Part shown: positions 1 to 10,155 of the stretch, piece after piece
Numbering within the stretch: the first letter of the stretch is position 1
Layout of the letters: each line of letters opens with the position of its first letter
Position numbers and translations under genes: made by a program
Source: Candidatus Kapaibacterium sp.
Lineage (GTDB): Bacteria > Bacteroidota > Ignavibacteria > Kapaibacteriales > NICIL-2
DNA length: 64,000 nucleotides
Reading direction: 5' to 3'
NCBI GenBank assembly: GCA_040398805.1
Contig: JBBATK010000001.1
Span: 249,933-313,932 of the forward strand
Notes under the pieces: model-generated
What the model saw: the letters and a program-made list of their open reading frames with translations, nothing else
Databases searched by the model: none
Told to the model about the DNA's origin: nothing

Positions 1-153
1 ATTTATTTCGTCGATACCGTCCCCGTCGTCCTTGATATATCCCATAGTATACTTGTCATCGTCATCGCCTCGTGCATCTCCCTGGTCTCAACCTTGATTC
101 CGGGACTCATCGCTTCGCGATTCTCCCCCGTCGCTTCCCTTCGCTTCCGCTGA
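1..153 (+). CDS. 3' end (C-terminal 50 aa) of an FtsX/LolE-family ABC transporter permease; the gene starts upstream of the window
   Basis: Frame 1 translates to ...[34 protein letters not shown] with a stop at 151-153. The hydrophobic last TM plus the 'IPARKAASL(D)P'-like tail is typical of the FtsX/LolC/LolE C-terminus. Confidence 0.5.
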   Translation: MYFVDTVPVVLDISHSILVIVIASCISLVSTLIPGLIASRFSPVASLRFR

Positions 154-268
154 GTCACAGCGTTCGCCGGCGTGCGATGTCCTTCTGCGTCACTCGTCGG
201 CTTCGTATTTTTGCACGTCCGCAGTCGACGGTCTTCCTACGATCCATGATAACCTTCTCAACCATCCT

Positions 269-1333
269 ATGATCAACTCCATCATCGAGATGCTCGGCAG
301 TCAGAGCGATTCTCTCCTCAACCACACCTGTACGACCATTCCGAAAGAATCGATTACGGTACCGTCCCCCGACTTCGTCGATACCGTGTTCGCAGGAAGC
401 AACAGGAACAATCGCGTGCTTCGCAACCTCCAATGGATCAATGATACGGGTCGGCTGGCAGGAACGGGATATGTCTCCATCCTCCCGGTCGATCAGGGAA
501 TCGAGCATAGCGCCGGTGCGTCGTTCGCGAAGAATCCCCTATACTTCGATCCGAGCAATATCGTCCGCCTCGCCATCGACGGTGGCTGCAATGCCGTCGC
601 ATCTACCTTCGGTGTCTTGGCCCTGTGCTCACGAACCATGGCTCACAAGATCCCCTTCGTGGTAAAGATCAATCACAATGAGCTCCTGACCCATCCGAAC
701 AAATTCGATCAAGTGCTGTTCGGAACCGTACGTCAGTGTGCCGACATGGGTGCCGCCGCGGTCGGAGCGACCATCTATTTCGGCTCTCCGGAAAGCACCC
801 GTCAGCTCGTCGAGATTGCGGAGGCGTTCGCATTGGCCCATGAGCTGGGAATGGCGACCATCCTTTGGTGCTATCTCAGGAATCCTGCCTTCAAGAGCGA
901 CAAGGACTATCACACGAGTGCCGACCTTACGGGACAGGCCAATCATCTCGGTGTCACGATTCAAGCCGACATCATCAAGCAGAAACTTCCCGAAACCAAT
1001 GGCGGTTTCACGGCGCTGAACATGGGATCGTCCTCGTACGGTAAGACGGACTCCCGCATCTACTCCCAGCTGACAAGCGATCACCCCATCGACCTCTGTC
1101 GCTACCAAGTGGCCAATTGCTATATGGGCAAGATAGGCCTGATCAACAGCGGCGGAGCTTCGGGATCCAATGATTTCGCCGAGGCGACGATGACCGCTGT
1201 CATCAACAAGCGTGCGGGTGGCATGGGCCTTATCTCCGGACGTAAGGCGTTTCAACGTCCGATGAACGAAGGTATCAAACTGCTGAACACGATACAAGAC
1301 GTGTATCTGTGCAACGATGTGACGGTGGCATAA
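269..1333 (+). CDS. fbaB: Class I fructose-bisphosphate aldolase (FbaB/DhnA family)
   Basis: 354 aa, near full-length similarity to E. coli FbaB recalled from memory ([45 protein letters not shown]...[20 protein letters not shown]). Confidence 0.9.
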   Translation: MINSIIEMLGSQSDSLLNHTCTTIPKESITVPSPDFVDTVFAGSNRNNRVLRNLQWINDTGRLAGTGYVSILPVDQGIEHSAGASFAKNPLYFDPSNIVRLAIDGGCNAVASTFGVLALCSRTMAHKIPFVVKINHNELLTHPNKFDQVLFGTVRQCADMGAAAVGATIYFGSPESTRQLVEIAEAFALAHELGMATILWCYLRNPAFKSDKDYHTSADLTGQANHLGVTIQADIIKQKLPETNGGFTALNMGSSSYGKTDSRIYSQLTSDHPIDLCRYQVANCYMGKIGLINSGGASGSNDFAEATMTAVINKRAGGMGLISGRKAFQRPMNEGIKLLNTIQDVYLCNDVTVA

Positions 1334-1343
1334 AACGACATCC

Positions 1344-3092
1344 ATGAAATCACTGCTCGCGCTCCGACCGTACATCGCTCGGTATTCCCGCTACATTTTC
1401 AGCGGCTTGGTCTTCGTGACCATTTCCAATGCGTGCTCCGCATACTATCCGCGCGTCATCGGTGCGACGGTGGACCTCATGAAGAATGAGGGATTCGATA
1501 CGTCGAGTGTCATGACGAACATCGGGATGATCCTGCTGTTGACCGCCGGGAGCGGATTCTTCATGTTCCTAACCCGCAAGACGATCATCGTCGCGTCGCG
1601 TAAAGTGGAGTATGACCTGCGCCGCGATTTCTTGGAAGGAATCGAGCGCCAAGATCCCCTCTACTTCGCCCGCACTCCCACGGGCTCCCTTATGGCTCAT
1701 GCAACGAACGATATCGCCGCTGTCCGGGAATTCATGGGACCTGCCATCATGTACGGGGCCAATACCATCACGACCTTCTCGTTCGCGCTTGCGCTCATGT
1801 TCGGGCTGAGCACGGACATCACCCTGGTCGCTCTCATACCGCTGCCCTTCATGGCCGTGGCCACGTTCATTCTTGGCAAGAAAATCCACATCGCCTACAA
1901 GCAGGTGCAGGAGCAGTTTGAGCATGTGACGACGGAGTCGCAGGAAGTGTTTTCCGGCATTCGCATCATCCGCGCGTTCGTCCGCGAAATGCAGGAGCGT
2001 ACCATCTTCTACAAGGAAAGTCACGCGTATCTGACGAAGACCATGACCCTGGCGAGAATCCAGTCCATCATGATGCCGTCGATGATGGTACTCGTGGGAA
2101 GTTCACAGGTACTCGTGTTGAGTTATGGCGGGAATGCGGTCATCGAAGGGCGAGCGAGTATCGGTGACCTTACCCAGTTTTTCATCTATCTCAATCAGCT
2201 CATCTGGCCGGTGGCTGCCATCGGTTGGGTGACGAATATCGTACAGCGTGCGTCCGCCTCCACCGGTCGTATCATGTCCATCATGCATCGGACGTCGGAT
2301 CTGGTGGATTCCGGCACGACACCCTTGGGAACGGAGTTCGATATCGAATTCGAAAATGTCTCGTATCGGTATGCGGAATCCTTGCCGAACGTGCTCACCG
2401 GCATTCGGTTCCGTATACCTTTCCGCTCGCACATCGGCATCGTGGGAACGGTAGGATCGGGCAAGTCGACGCTTGTGAAACTGATTCCGCGTCTCTTCGA
2501 CTGCACGGAGGGCTCCGTCCTTCTTGCAGGCCGCCCCATCGCTTCCTACCGGCTCGAGGATGTGCGAGGTTCCGTCGGTATGGTCATGCAGGAACCCTTC
2601 CTTTTCAGCATGAGTGTGCGGGACAATATCCGCATGGGCAAGAAGGATGCGTCGGACGATGACGTGATCGCGGCTGCGACCATGGCGCAATTGCATTCGG
2701 AAGTGTTGACCTTTACGAACGGGTATGATACCATTGTCGGTGAGCGCGGTATCAGTCTGTCCGGCGGACAGAAACAACGTCTTGCCATTGCGCGGGCTTT
2801 GATTCGCAAACCATCGGTGTTGATCCTCGACGACGCCCTCAGCGCCGTCGATACCGCCACGGAGCGTGAGCTTCTCAATTCGCTGGGTAGGATGCGGAAT
2901 AACCAGACGACCATCACCGTTGCGCACCGTTTGTCGAGTGTCATGGGCTGCGATCACATCATAGTCATGGACCACGGCACCATCATTGAAGAAGGCACAC
3001 ACGAAGAGTTGCTCGCTCAGCAAGGTCAATACGCCATGTTGTATGAACGCCAGCGACTGGAAGAAGAGATCAGCGAGGAGTCGGTTCCCTGA
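1344..3092 (+). CDS. ABC exporter, fused permease-ATPase (MsbA/multidrug-type half transporter). Walker B is followed by Asp instead of the catalytic Glu.
   Basis: 582 aa with an N-terminal 6-TM domain, Walker A GTVGSGKST, signature LSGGQKQRLAIARAL, Walker B LILDDALSAVD and an H-loop (AHRLSS). Confidence 0.85.
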   Translation: MKSLLALRPYIARYSRYIFSGLVFVTISNACSAYYPRVIGATVDLMKNEGFDTSSVMTNIGMILLLTAGSGFFMFLTRKTIIVASRKVEYDLRRDFLEGIERQDPLYFARTPTGSLMAHATNDIAAVREFMGPAIMYGANTITTFSFALALMFGLSTDITLVALIPLPFMAVATFILGKKIHIAYKQVQEQFEHVTTESQEVFSGIRIIRAFVREMQERTIFYKESHAYLTKTMTLARIQSIMMPSMMVLVGSSQVLVLSYGGNAVIEGRASIGDLTQFFIYLNQLIWPVAAIGWVTNIVQRASASTGRIMSIMHRTSDLVDSGTTPLGTEFDIEFENVSYRYAESLPNVLTGIRFRIPFRSHIGIVGTVGSGKSTLVKLIPRLFDCTEGSVLLAGRPIASYRLEDVRGSVGMVMQEPFLFSMSVRDNIRMGKKDASDDDVIAAATMAQLHSEVLTFTNGYDTIVGERGISLSGGQKQRLAIARALIRKPSVLILDDALSAVDTATERELLNSLGRMRNNQTTITVAHRLSSVMGCDHIIVMDHGTIIEEGTHEELLAQQGQYAMLYERQRLEEEISEESVP

Positions 3093-3159
3093 ACGGTAAC
3101 CACTGCTGTCCAACGGACAGACCTCATCACGAGAACCCATAATTATTTCCGCTCCGCTT

Positions 3160-4521
3160 ATGCATTTCTCCGCAAGCATCCTCGATCAGATCGGCAATAC
3201 GCCTCTTGTGCAACTACGTGTTCTGGACGGGGACTTGGCTCCGACCATTCTTCTGAAGATGGAGAGCTTCAATCCCGGTGGATCGGTCAAGGACAGGATC
3301 GGCATTTCCATGATCGAAGCCGCCGAACGGGACGGCCTCATTTCGCCGGGCGATCTGATCATCGAGCCGACCAGCGGTAACACCGGAATCGGTTTGGCGT
3401 TGGCGGCCAGACTCAAAGGGTACCGGTGCCTCTTCGTCATGACAGATAAAGCGTCGCAGGAACGCGTGCGATATCTGAAAGCACTCGGTGCGGACGTGCT
3501 CATCGTTTCGTCGGCCGCAAAACCGAGCTCGCCCGAGTACTATTTCAATACCGCACAGCGACTCGCAGCGGAGATTCCCGGGGCCGTCATGCTGAACCAG
3601 TATGATAACCCCGCCAACCCCGAAGCACACTACAAGACCACAGGTCCGGAAATCTGGAAGCAGACCGAGGGACGTGTCACGCATTTCATTGCTGGCATAG
3701 GAACAGGAGGGACAATTTCAGGCACAGGACGGTACCTGAAGGAGCAGAATGCGGCTGTTAAAGTAATCGCCGCCGACCCCATAGGATCGAGCATCAAGTC
3801 CTTCAAGGACTTCGGACGTCTTGTCGAACCTCTTCCCTACCTCATCGAAGGCGTCGGACAAGAACGTATCCCGGGAAACCTTGATTTGCGGTTGCTGGAT
3901 GATATCATCAACGTCTCGGATAAGGATGCGTTCATGACCGCCCGTCAATTGGCCCGACTCGAAGGGGTCTTCTGTGGCGGCTCGTCCGGAATGAACGTGT
4001 TCGCCGCTCTTCATCTCGCCAAGAACCTCGGACCGGACGACGTGATCGTCTCTATCATCTGTGATACCGGTGAACGATATCTGACGAAGCACCACAGTGA
4101 TGAATGGCTCGCCGAAAAGCAGTTATTGCCCGATGATTCGCCGTCGGTCGGACTCGTCCTCGCCTCCAAGGTCCGCGGATCATCCGTCCCTGCCCTCGTG
4201 GCCGTTCAACACTCCGCGACGGTCGCAGAAACCCTTCAGCACATGCAGAGATACGGAATATCACAGATACCGGTCTTGGATGGAGATCTGGTTACCGGAA
4301 ATGTTCGTGAGAACAAACTGATGGCCGCGGTGATCGAGAACCGCGAGGCGATGATTCATCCTGTCGGGCAATACGCGGAAGCTGCGCCTCCGATCGTCGA
4401 ATCTCACGAAGACATCGCTGCCGCCATCAGGCTGCTTCGCGACAACACCTACGTCCTTGTGCACGAATATCAACGGGTGGTCGGCGTGCTCAGTCGCCAT
4501 GACGTCCTACAGTTCCTCTAG
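3160..4521 (+). CDS. PLP-dependent cysteine synthase / cystathionine beta-synthase with a C-terminal CBS-domain pair
   Basis: 453 aa. The N-terminal fold-II PLP domain (NPGGSVKDRIG, TSGNTGIGLA, GxGTGGT) is followed by about 130 aa with a CBS-pair pattern. Confidence 0.8.
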   Translation: MHFSASILDQIGNTPLVQLRVLDGDLAPTILLKMESFNPGGSVKDRIGISMIEAAERDGLISPGDLIIEPTSGNTGIGLALAARLKGYRCLFVMTDKASQERVRYLKALGADVLIVSSAAKPSSPEYYFNTAQRLAAEIPGAVMLNQYDNPANPEAHYKTTGPEIWKQTEGRVTHFIAGIGTGGTISGTGRYLKEQNAAVKVIAADPIGSSIKSFKDFGRLVEPLPYLIEGVGQERIPGNLDLRLLDDIINVSDKDAFMTARQLARLEGVFCGGSSGMNVFAALHLAKNLGPDDVIVSIICDTGERYLTKHHSDEWLAEKQLLPDDSPSVGLVLASKVRGSSVPALVAVQHSATVAETLQHMQRYGISQIPVLDGDLVTGNVRENKLMAAVIENREAMIHPVGQYAEAAPPIVESHEDIAAAIRLLRDNTYVLVHEYQRVVGVLSRHDVLQFL

Positions 4522-4648
4522 GGTTAGACCATGTCGCCGGAGAACGGAACCTCAGGATGGAACGACGACACCGCGAGCACTGCGGACGGATGGGAATTCG
4601 GGGCGGCTTTTGTCGAAAAAAAAAACGCCATGTTCAACACAATCAATC

Positions 4649-4690
4649 AAAAAAAAAGGAGCAACAATGTTGCTCCTTTTGCATTTTGTT
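4649..4690. terminator. Bidirectional rho-independent terminator between the convergent CBS-cysteine synthase (+) and porV (-) genes
   Basis: Perfect hairpin aggagcaac-aat-gttgctcct with an A-run 5' and a T-run 3' (aaaaaaaaaggagcaacaatgttgctcctttttgcatttt). Confidence 0.7.
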
Positions 4691-4730
4691 TGCACACTTC
4701 TGTGCTAACGGGCGGGCAAAATAACACCTG

Positions 4731-5801
4731 TCACCAATTCACCAAAGCGGAAAATCTCATGGTGTTGGCAAGAGGATGGTTTTCCTCGATCGTATTGATG
4801 AAACTGAAGTCGAGCGTGAACATATCGTACTTCACACCTGCCCCAAACGTCAAGAATTTGCGGTTTCCGATGCTTGCGGGCTCGGTAAAATACCCGGCGC
4901 GCAGTGCAACGACTTTTTCATACCAGTACTCCGTTCCGAAAGAGAATTCCTGCCCTCCGACACTCCAAGCCGTTACAAATGAACGAGGTAGCGCGTCCGA
5001 GCTCGTAGCGTTCCGCTTCACGAGGAGTTTTCCCATGTCAACTGCGAACGTCAAGTCGTTGAATTCGTCATGGATAGCATTGATTGCGATACCAAGTTTC
5101 AACATCGTAGGGAGAGGATCGGATTCGTTACGATAGGTCATCTTCGGACCAACATTGGCCAAGTTGAATCCAAGGTTAATCATGTTCGACAGGTCGATAT
5201 CATCGGAGATTCTCCAGTTGCTCGGTTTCCACAGGAGGCCGAAGTCGAAACCACCGCTCACACCGATTCCCGCGGCTGTTTGACCGGCTTGTGCGGGTGC
5301 GAGGTTGGAGCGGATGTACCGCAGTTGAACGCCGGCTCCAAGATCGTCACCGATGAGGGTTCCATAGGAGAGGCCGAGCGCAAACTCATCCGAGCGGAAG
5401 GTACCGTGAACGCCGCCATTCTCATCCGTCCGCTGGAACTGACCCAGATTCATCAGGATGACGTTCGCGGCGATGGTGCCGTCAAGATCCGGGACGTACT
5501 GGCCGTAGGTGCCATACGCATAGTAGAGATCCGCATTGAACTGAGGCAACCACTTCGAGTACGAAAAGGAAAACTGATGGTCCTGTTGCTGTTGGAAAGC
5601 TAGGCCACCGGTGTTCCAGAAAATGGCATTGATGTTGTCGGCGAGCGCCGTACCGCACTCACCCATGCCGCTTGCCCGTGCATCGGGGGTGATGAGCAGA
5701 AAGGGCACGGATGAACCACCGGCTTGCGCGAAGAGCGGAGAGCCGACCAGGGCCATAAGAAGGGCTCTGCGAAGAAAGCGTGCCATAGTTTGATGAAGCA
5801 T
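4731..5801 (-). CDS. porV: T9SS outer-membrane shuttle protein, PorV/PorQ family (PorV by synteny with porU)
   Basis: 356 aa with a signal peptide (LLMALVGSPLFAQA), the N-terminal motif PDARASGMGECGTALADNINAIFWNTGGLA typical of the PorV/PorQ family, beta-barrel-like alternating pattern and a C-terminal aromatic residue. The gene lies 29 bp downstream of the C25-peptidase gene on the same strand. Confidence 0.75.
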   Translation of the reverse strand: MLHQTMARFLRRALLMALVGSPLFAQAGGSSVPFLLITPDARASGMGECGTALADNINAIFWNTGGLAFQQQQDHQFSFSYSKWLPQFNADLYYAYGTYGQYVPDLDGTIAANVILMNLGQFQRTDENGGVHGTFRSDEFALGLSYGTLIGDDLGAGVQLRYIRSNLAPAQAGQTAAGIGVSGGFDFGLLWKPSNWRISDDIDLSNMINLGFNLANVGPKMTYRNESDPLPTMLKLGIAINAIHDEFNDLTFAVDMGKLLVKRNATSSDALPRSFVTAWSVGGQEFSFGTEYWYEKVVALRAGYFTEPASIGNRKFLTFGAGVKYDMFTLDFSFINTIEENHPLANTMRFSALVNW

Positions 5802-5829
5802 AAACGACTCCTGAAGATAGATTGATGTA

Positions 5830-8800
5830 TTATCGACTCAAGACCGCCAAAGCCGTAATCGTTGAGAGATTGCCGGAAGCGGTGGTAATGTGTAAAACGA
5901 CGGGATAAACACCCGATGGCAGTTCGTTACCCGAGGCATCCTGTCCATCCCACACGAAACGCGCACTCTGCAAGGACGTGGAGGTCATGGATTCTTCGCG
6001 AACGAGGACGCCATTGACGGAATATACCTTGGCAACGATCGACAAAGGAAACGACTGGTTGTGGGTGAAGAGGACCGTTGTCCGGGTTTCGAACGGATTC
6101 GGGTACACCACCACCCTGCCGCTGACAAAGGTACTGTCTCCCGGGGCGACGGAAAAGTAGGTGGAACGTTCACTGTAATTGTTCAGCACGTCCCATACCC
6201 GCACACGAACGGAGTGCATGCCCGGAACGAGGTCGAACAACTGCTTGGTTGCGCTTCCAACGCGGGAGTCGGTGAGTGAGCTCACATAGTTCTCACTGAG
6301 ATCGATGGACTCTTCAGAGTCGTCCAACCATGCTTCGATCTTATGACCCACACCCAGTCCGGTGCTATTGATACCCGTTTCGTCCCGCAGTGCAACGATG
6401 AGCAACGGATTCTTACGAACGATATCACCTGGGAGGAAGGTCGTATTGTCAAGGAAGAGACCGACAGTAGGTCCCTCACTATCAGCGCGATCGGTCGTGT
6501 CGATCCCGCCGACAGAGAATGCCCTGGAGTTGCCGCGGGCGTGCCGGTTGTCGTCTGACTGGGCGTAGATGAAGATGCGGCCGTTCTTATTGGTAAATGC
6601 TATGTCTTTCGGAACGACGAACACTGCACGAAAGACGCCACCATCCACTTTGTAATTACCGCGATGGAGCGTACCGCCGAATTTCACCATATCGTAACTA
6701 CTGGAATCGCCGATGGAAAATGCCGATGGATCCATGAATCGGCGGAGAATGTCCGCATCGAACATGCTGACGGTAGCTGCACCGTTGAAGTCGCGTACTG
6801 TTTCGTCGGAACCGAATTTGCGGATACGTCCCGCGAGATTCACTGTGGATACCGCCCTCACGTTTGCCGATGTCTTGGAATCGGTTGAGATGCCGTTGAT
6901 GGAGTCGACGGAAGCCACGAGATCCGGAAGAACGAGCTTGAGAGTCGGATCGCCAAGCAACATGAACTTCTGGTCGTTCTCCCCGCTGTGCAACTGCTTG
7001 GTGGCATTGACGACGTCACCCATGGTGAGGTAGTTGCCCTTCACATCGCGACTGAACATCTTGCGGAACAGGGTTCGACCGATCATAGCATTCAGCGCCG
7101 AGAACGACACCCGACTGGACGTAAACGCACCGATCGCACCGCCGCGACGGCTGGTGAGCATGAGTTCGGCACCGCTCTGGCTCTCCGGCAGATCCCAGCG
7201 TCCGAAATCGCACGTGGCTGCCACAAGGAAGAAGAGTTTGTCGTAGTTCGTGAATTGCGGAATCGTGACATCACGCGACAGCACGGTCTCATGCGCCCAT
7301 ACTTTTGGGTTGCCGTGTCCGATCCAGTTCAGCAACAAGGTACCTTGATTGTTGACGGCAGACAGGATATCCTCCGTGACTCGGGGTTTGAGCTTCCCTT
7401 TCGGGATATTCTCGGCAGGATACTCGGCCATGTAAATCTTCCGCTGGATCATGTCTGCCGGCATGCAGGTCGTGTCATTGGACAGTACCTCCGATTGATT
7501 CGTATGCAGGTCGCCGTCCGACCTTCCGTTCGACGTGGGACCGTCATCGGCAACAAAGGTTGCCGTGGTCCTCCAGAGATCCTTCGAGGATGATTCTTCG
7601 TAGTGTCTGATCTTCGCGATGGCAGCATCGCCACCGGCTCGGGAGTCGATCGGTAAACGACCGATCGGGATATCGGTCACCTCATCGTCTCCGACGATTC
7701 GGACGAAGAAATCGTCCGTGACATAGCTGCTTGTGTAGTAGCCGATATTGATGTCATTGAAACGTTCATCCGTCTCGATGGTCTGCCACGAAGGTATGTA
7801 ACTGGTCCTCTGCGTCGTGATGTTCTTGTAATCGTAATGACCGTCACCCCACAGAACCACGTACTTCGGTTTGACTGTCCATGTCCTGTATGCATGCGAT
7901 ATGAAATCGCGGATGGCACCAGGATCACCGACGCCACTGCCGAACTCGTTGACGATGGCGCTCATGGGCACGACGCGAACATTCATTCCGGATTTTCCTG
8001 CGCGATATGTTGCGAAGTCGTTGGCAGACGAGAGGAATTCATCAGCACTCACGACAATGACCTCTGCCGAGATCTCCTCGTCGCGAAGGTATGTCCAGGT
8101 GACAGGAACGGGATCCGCCGTTCGAGTTTTCGCTGAGAGGAAATAGGTCCGCGGACCGGTCACCGAGTCCAACGCAACGGCGAATTGAAAAATGTTACCG
8201 ACTGACGACGTATTCCGCAAAAGAATAGGATTCTGCGGATCACTCACATCGAAACCGAGGAGGGCCGGATTACTGAAGCCACCGATGGAATACTGCGTGG
8301 TGCCTACTGCTCCTATGTCCGAGTATAGCGTCAGCTCGTCATTGACGGCAGAACACACGGCAGGATAATGGATCTCGAAGAAATCAAGAAAGGCATTACC
8401 TCCGCCGCTGACATACGGATTCGCGTATTCGAAGCGAAGGTAACTGTTCCCGTCGGCATTCACGGACTGCGCGGGAAGCGTCCCGCGGACTTTCATGGAC
8501 ACATATTCCGCATATCCTGGCTCGTTGACGCCGATGAGCGGAACATCGGTGACCTTGACACCATTCTCACTGACGGATACCTTTGCCGAGAGGTCCGGAC
8601 TGAAGACCTCCTTGTGTGCCACATCGATGACATACTCTACAGAGCCATTGCGAATCAACCCAGGAAGTTTCGTCGAAAACGTCCGCGGGAGCACAGCATC
8701 TATCTGCTGACCGAACCATCGCCGACCGGAGCCTCCCGAGTACGCATTGACCAGTTCTTCTTCTTGAAACACTCTCGCGGTGAATTGCGTAGGGGTATTC

Positions 8801-9948
8801 GCATAGGGAGCGGGTGCAGGAGTCGCCTCAATCGCTCGCTTTCCAGGCGTCCCACCCCACGTAAGGAAGTAGTACGACTGTTCGTCATAATGATTGATCC
8901 GGTGTTCAAAGCGACGGTTCTTCGCGTTAAAGGTGAATCCACGTTGAGCCGAGGCGTAGAAGATGACATCTAAAACATCTCCATTCGACGTGGTATTGAC
9001 GATGATCGGTATCTCGTTCAGTCGGTTCTTGATTGACAACGAGGGCGCTTCCGGAAGCTCCGAACCACCTCTGCCGTAGATTTTGACCGTACCTGCTTTA
9101 ACCGTCTCCAGTCGAACGCCAAGCTTGGCAAGCGACTCGGCACGTACTCGGTAGACACCCGACTCTTTGATCGGAATCTTGTACCACGTGGACTGACGAG
9201 ACGAGTCCGAAGCGACAGATCGTTTCTTCGATGTTTGGAGCCGAACGCCCGAGGATTTGCCCTCAGCGGATTTGCCCTCAGCCCCGAGACTCTTGTTCCA
9301 CAAGCGCACAGCGTGGTCGTTCAGCGTCTGCGTCGAAACGACGGGAAGCCGATCAGACTCCGCGAACGTCCCTTCGACGGAACCGAGTATGGGCGTGAAT
9401 GTTAGTGTCATGAGCACCGAATCGCAGACGATGCGGGATTCGGAGTTCTTTGCAGGCTGTTCGCAGACGGAAATGAATCGAACCAGATGCTGCGATCCGC
9501 TCTGTCCTAGATAGCTCAAACGAACGTATGGTACACTGCATCGGTCATCTGCGAGGTTCCATACTCCTTCGTTCGGCGTGCCGGTACCGCTGACGGTGAA
9601 CGTCTCGAACGTACCATCAGGCCTGACGAGTCGGCAATAAAGAACGCAAGATGCCACATGCCAATCTTTCTCTCCCGGAACGCTGATGAGCTCTCGAACG
9701 GCAGGAGCAACGACCGGGCGAGGACCTTCGGCAATGACGATTTCCGATGGGGCGTTGACCCGTGGAACGAGGCGTAAGAAATTATCAGACCGGAGAGAAT
9801 CCCAGCGAGCTATCGGCGACGTGACTCGGAGTGTGAGCCGGTCGCCCGTGGACTCCACGACGCGGACCGTCGCACCTTCTGCACAAAGCAGAGCGGAACT
9901 CACGATGAAGTTGAAGGCAAGGAAGAGAATGTGCGCGCGTAACCGCAT
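5830..9948 (-). CDS. porU: T9SS C-terminal signal peptidase PorU (gingipain-like peptidase C25 domain) with its own T9SS C-terminal sorting domain
   Basis: C25-like block (WGDGHYDYKN...NWIGHGNPKVWAHE...LFFLVAATCDFGRWDLP) and a C-terminal CTD (VVVYPNPFETRTTVLF...GVYPVVLHITTASG...). The start is chosen at MRLRAHILFLAFNFIVSSALLCA, a classic signal peptide. The ORF track extends to 10269 and 9978 is an alternative start. Confidence 0.8.
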   Translation of the reverse strand: MRLRAHILFLAFNFIVSSALLCAEGATVRVVESTGDRLTLRVTSPIARWDSLRSDNFLRLVPRVNAPSEIVIAEGPRPVVAPAVRELISVPGEKDWHVASCVLYCRLVRPDGTFETFTVSGTGTPNEGVWNLADDRCSVPYVRLSYLGQSGSQHLVRFISVCEQPAKNSESRIVCDSVLMTLTFTPILGSVEGTFAESDRLPVVSTQTLNDHAVRLWNKSLGAEGKSAEGKSSGVRLQTSKKRSVASDSSRQSTWYKIPIKESGVYRVRAESLAKLGVRLETVKAGTVKIYGRGGSELPEAPSLSIKNRLNEIPIIVNTTSNGDVLDVIFYASAQRGFTFNAKNRRFEHRINHYDEQSYYFLTWGGTPGKRAIEATPAPAPYANTPTQFTARVFQEEELVNAYSGGSGRRWFGQQIDAVLPRTFSTKLPGLIRNGSVEYVIDVAHKEVFSPDLSAKVSVSENGVKVTDVPLIGVNEPGYAEYVSMKVRGTLPAQSVNADGNSYLRFEYANPYVSGGGNAFLDFFEIHYPAVCSAVNDELTLYSDIGAVGTTQYSIGGFSNPALLGFDVSDPQNPILLRNTSSVGNIFQFAVALDSVTGPRTYFLSAKTRTADPVPVTWTYLRDEEISAEVIVVSADEFLSSANDFATYRAGKSGMNVRVVPMSAIVNEFGSGVGDPGAIRDFISHAYRTWTVKPKYVVLWGDGHYDYKNITTQRTSYIPSWQTIETDERFNDINIGYYTSSYVTDDFFVRIVGDDEVTDIPIGRLPIDSRAGGDAAIAKIRHYEESSSKDLWRTTATFVADDGPTSNGRSDGDLHTNQSEVLSNDTTCMPADMIQRKIYMAEYPAENIPKGKLKPRVTEDILSAVNNQGTLLLNWIGHGNPKVWAHETVLSRDVTIPQFTNYDKLFFLVAATCDFGRWDLPESQSGAELMLTSRRGGAIGAFTSSRVSFSALNAMIGRTLFRKMFSRDVKGNYLTMGDVVNATKQLHSGENDQKFMLLGDPTLKLVLPDLVASVDSINGISTDSKTSANVRAVSTVNLAGRIRKFGSDETVRDFNGAATVSMFDADILRRFMDPSAFSIGDSSSYDMVKFGGTLHRGNYKVDGGVFRAVFVVPKDIAFTNKNGRIFIYAQSDDNRHARGNSRAFSVGGIDTTDRADSEGPTVGLFLDNTTFLPGDIVRKNPLLIVALRDETGINSTGLGVGHKIEAWLDDSEESIDLSENYVSSLTDSRVGSATKQLFDLVPGMHSVRVRVWDVLNNYSERSTYFSVAPGDSTFVSGRVVVYPNPFETRTTVLFTHNQSFPLSIVAKVYSVNGVLVREESMTSTSLQSARFVWDGQDASGNELPSGVYPVVLHITTASGNLSTITALAVLSR

Positions 9949-10074
9949 GGGATACAGCAGTTGATCGTTAATACTCATGGCATGCAGACCGGAACCGCGT
10001 CCGATGTGACGAGCCGTTGAAAAAGAGTAGAGAATGATCGATAGGCGCGTGAGGAATTTTCGTAGAGAGACGAC

Positions 10075-10105
10075 CAAATATAGCCGAAGATTGTTCACCT
10101 TCAAA
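10075..10105 (-). promoter_or_regulatory. Candidate Bacteroidetes-type sigma-A promoter for porU (-7 TATATTTG, -33 TTTG, 19-nt spacer)
   Basis: Plus-strand caaatata (10075-10082) is the reverse complement of TAnnTTTG. Plus-strand caaa (10102-10105) is the reverse complement of TTTG. Confidence 0.3.
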
Positions 10106-10155
10106 AAAAGAATCTCTCGTGACGATGACGCATATTTTCCTACGTTTTTCTCCAC

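Noticed and set aside
629-3179. 248-aa and 358-aa minus-strand ORFs
   Set aside because: They are antisense to fbaB and to the ABC exporter respectively, and have no motifs.
4531-5136. 201-aa plus-strand ORF downstream of the CBS gene
   Set aside because: It spans the terminator hairpin and is antisense to porV. Its composition is not protein-like.
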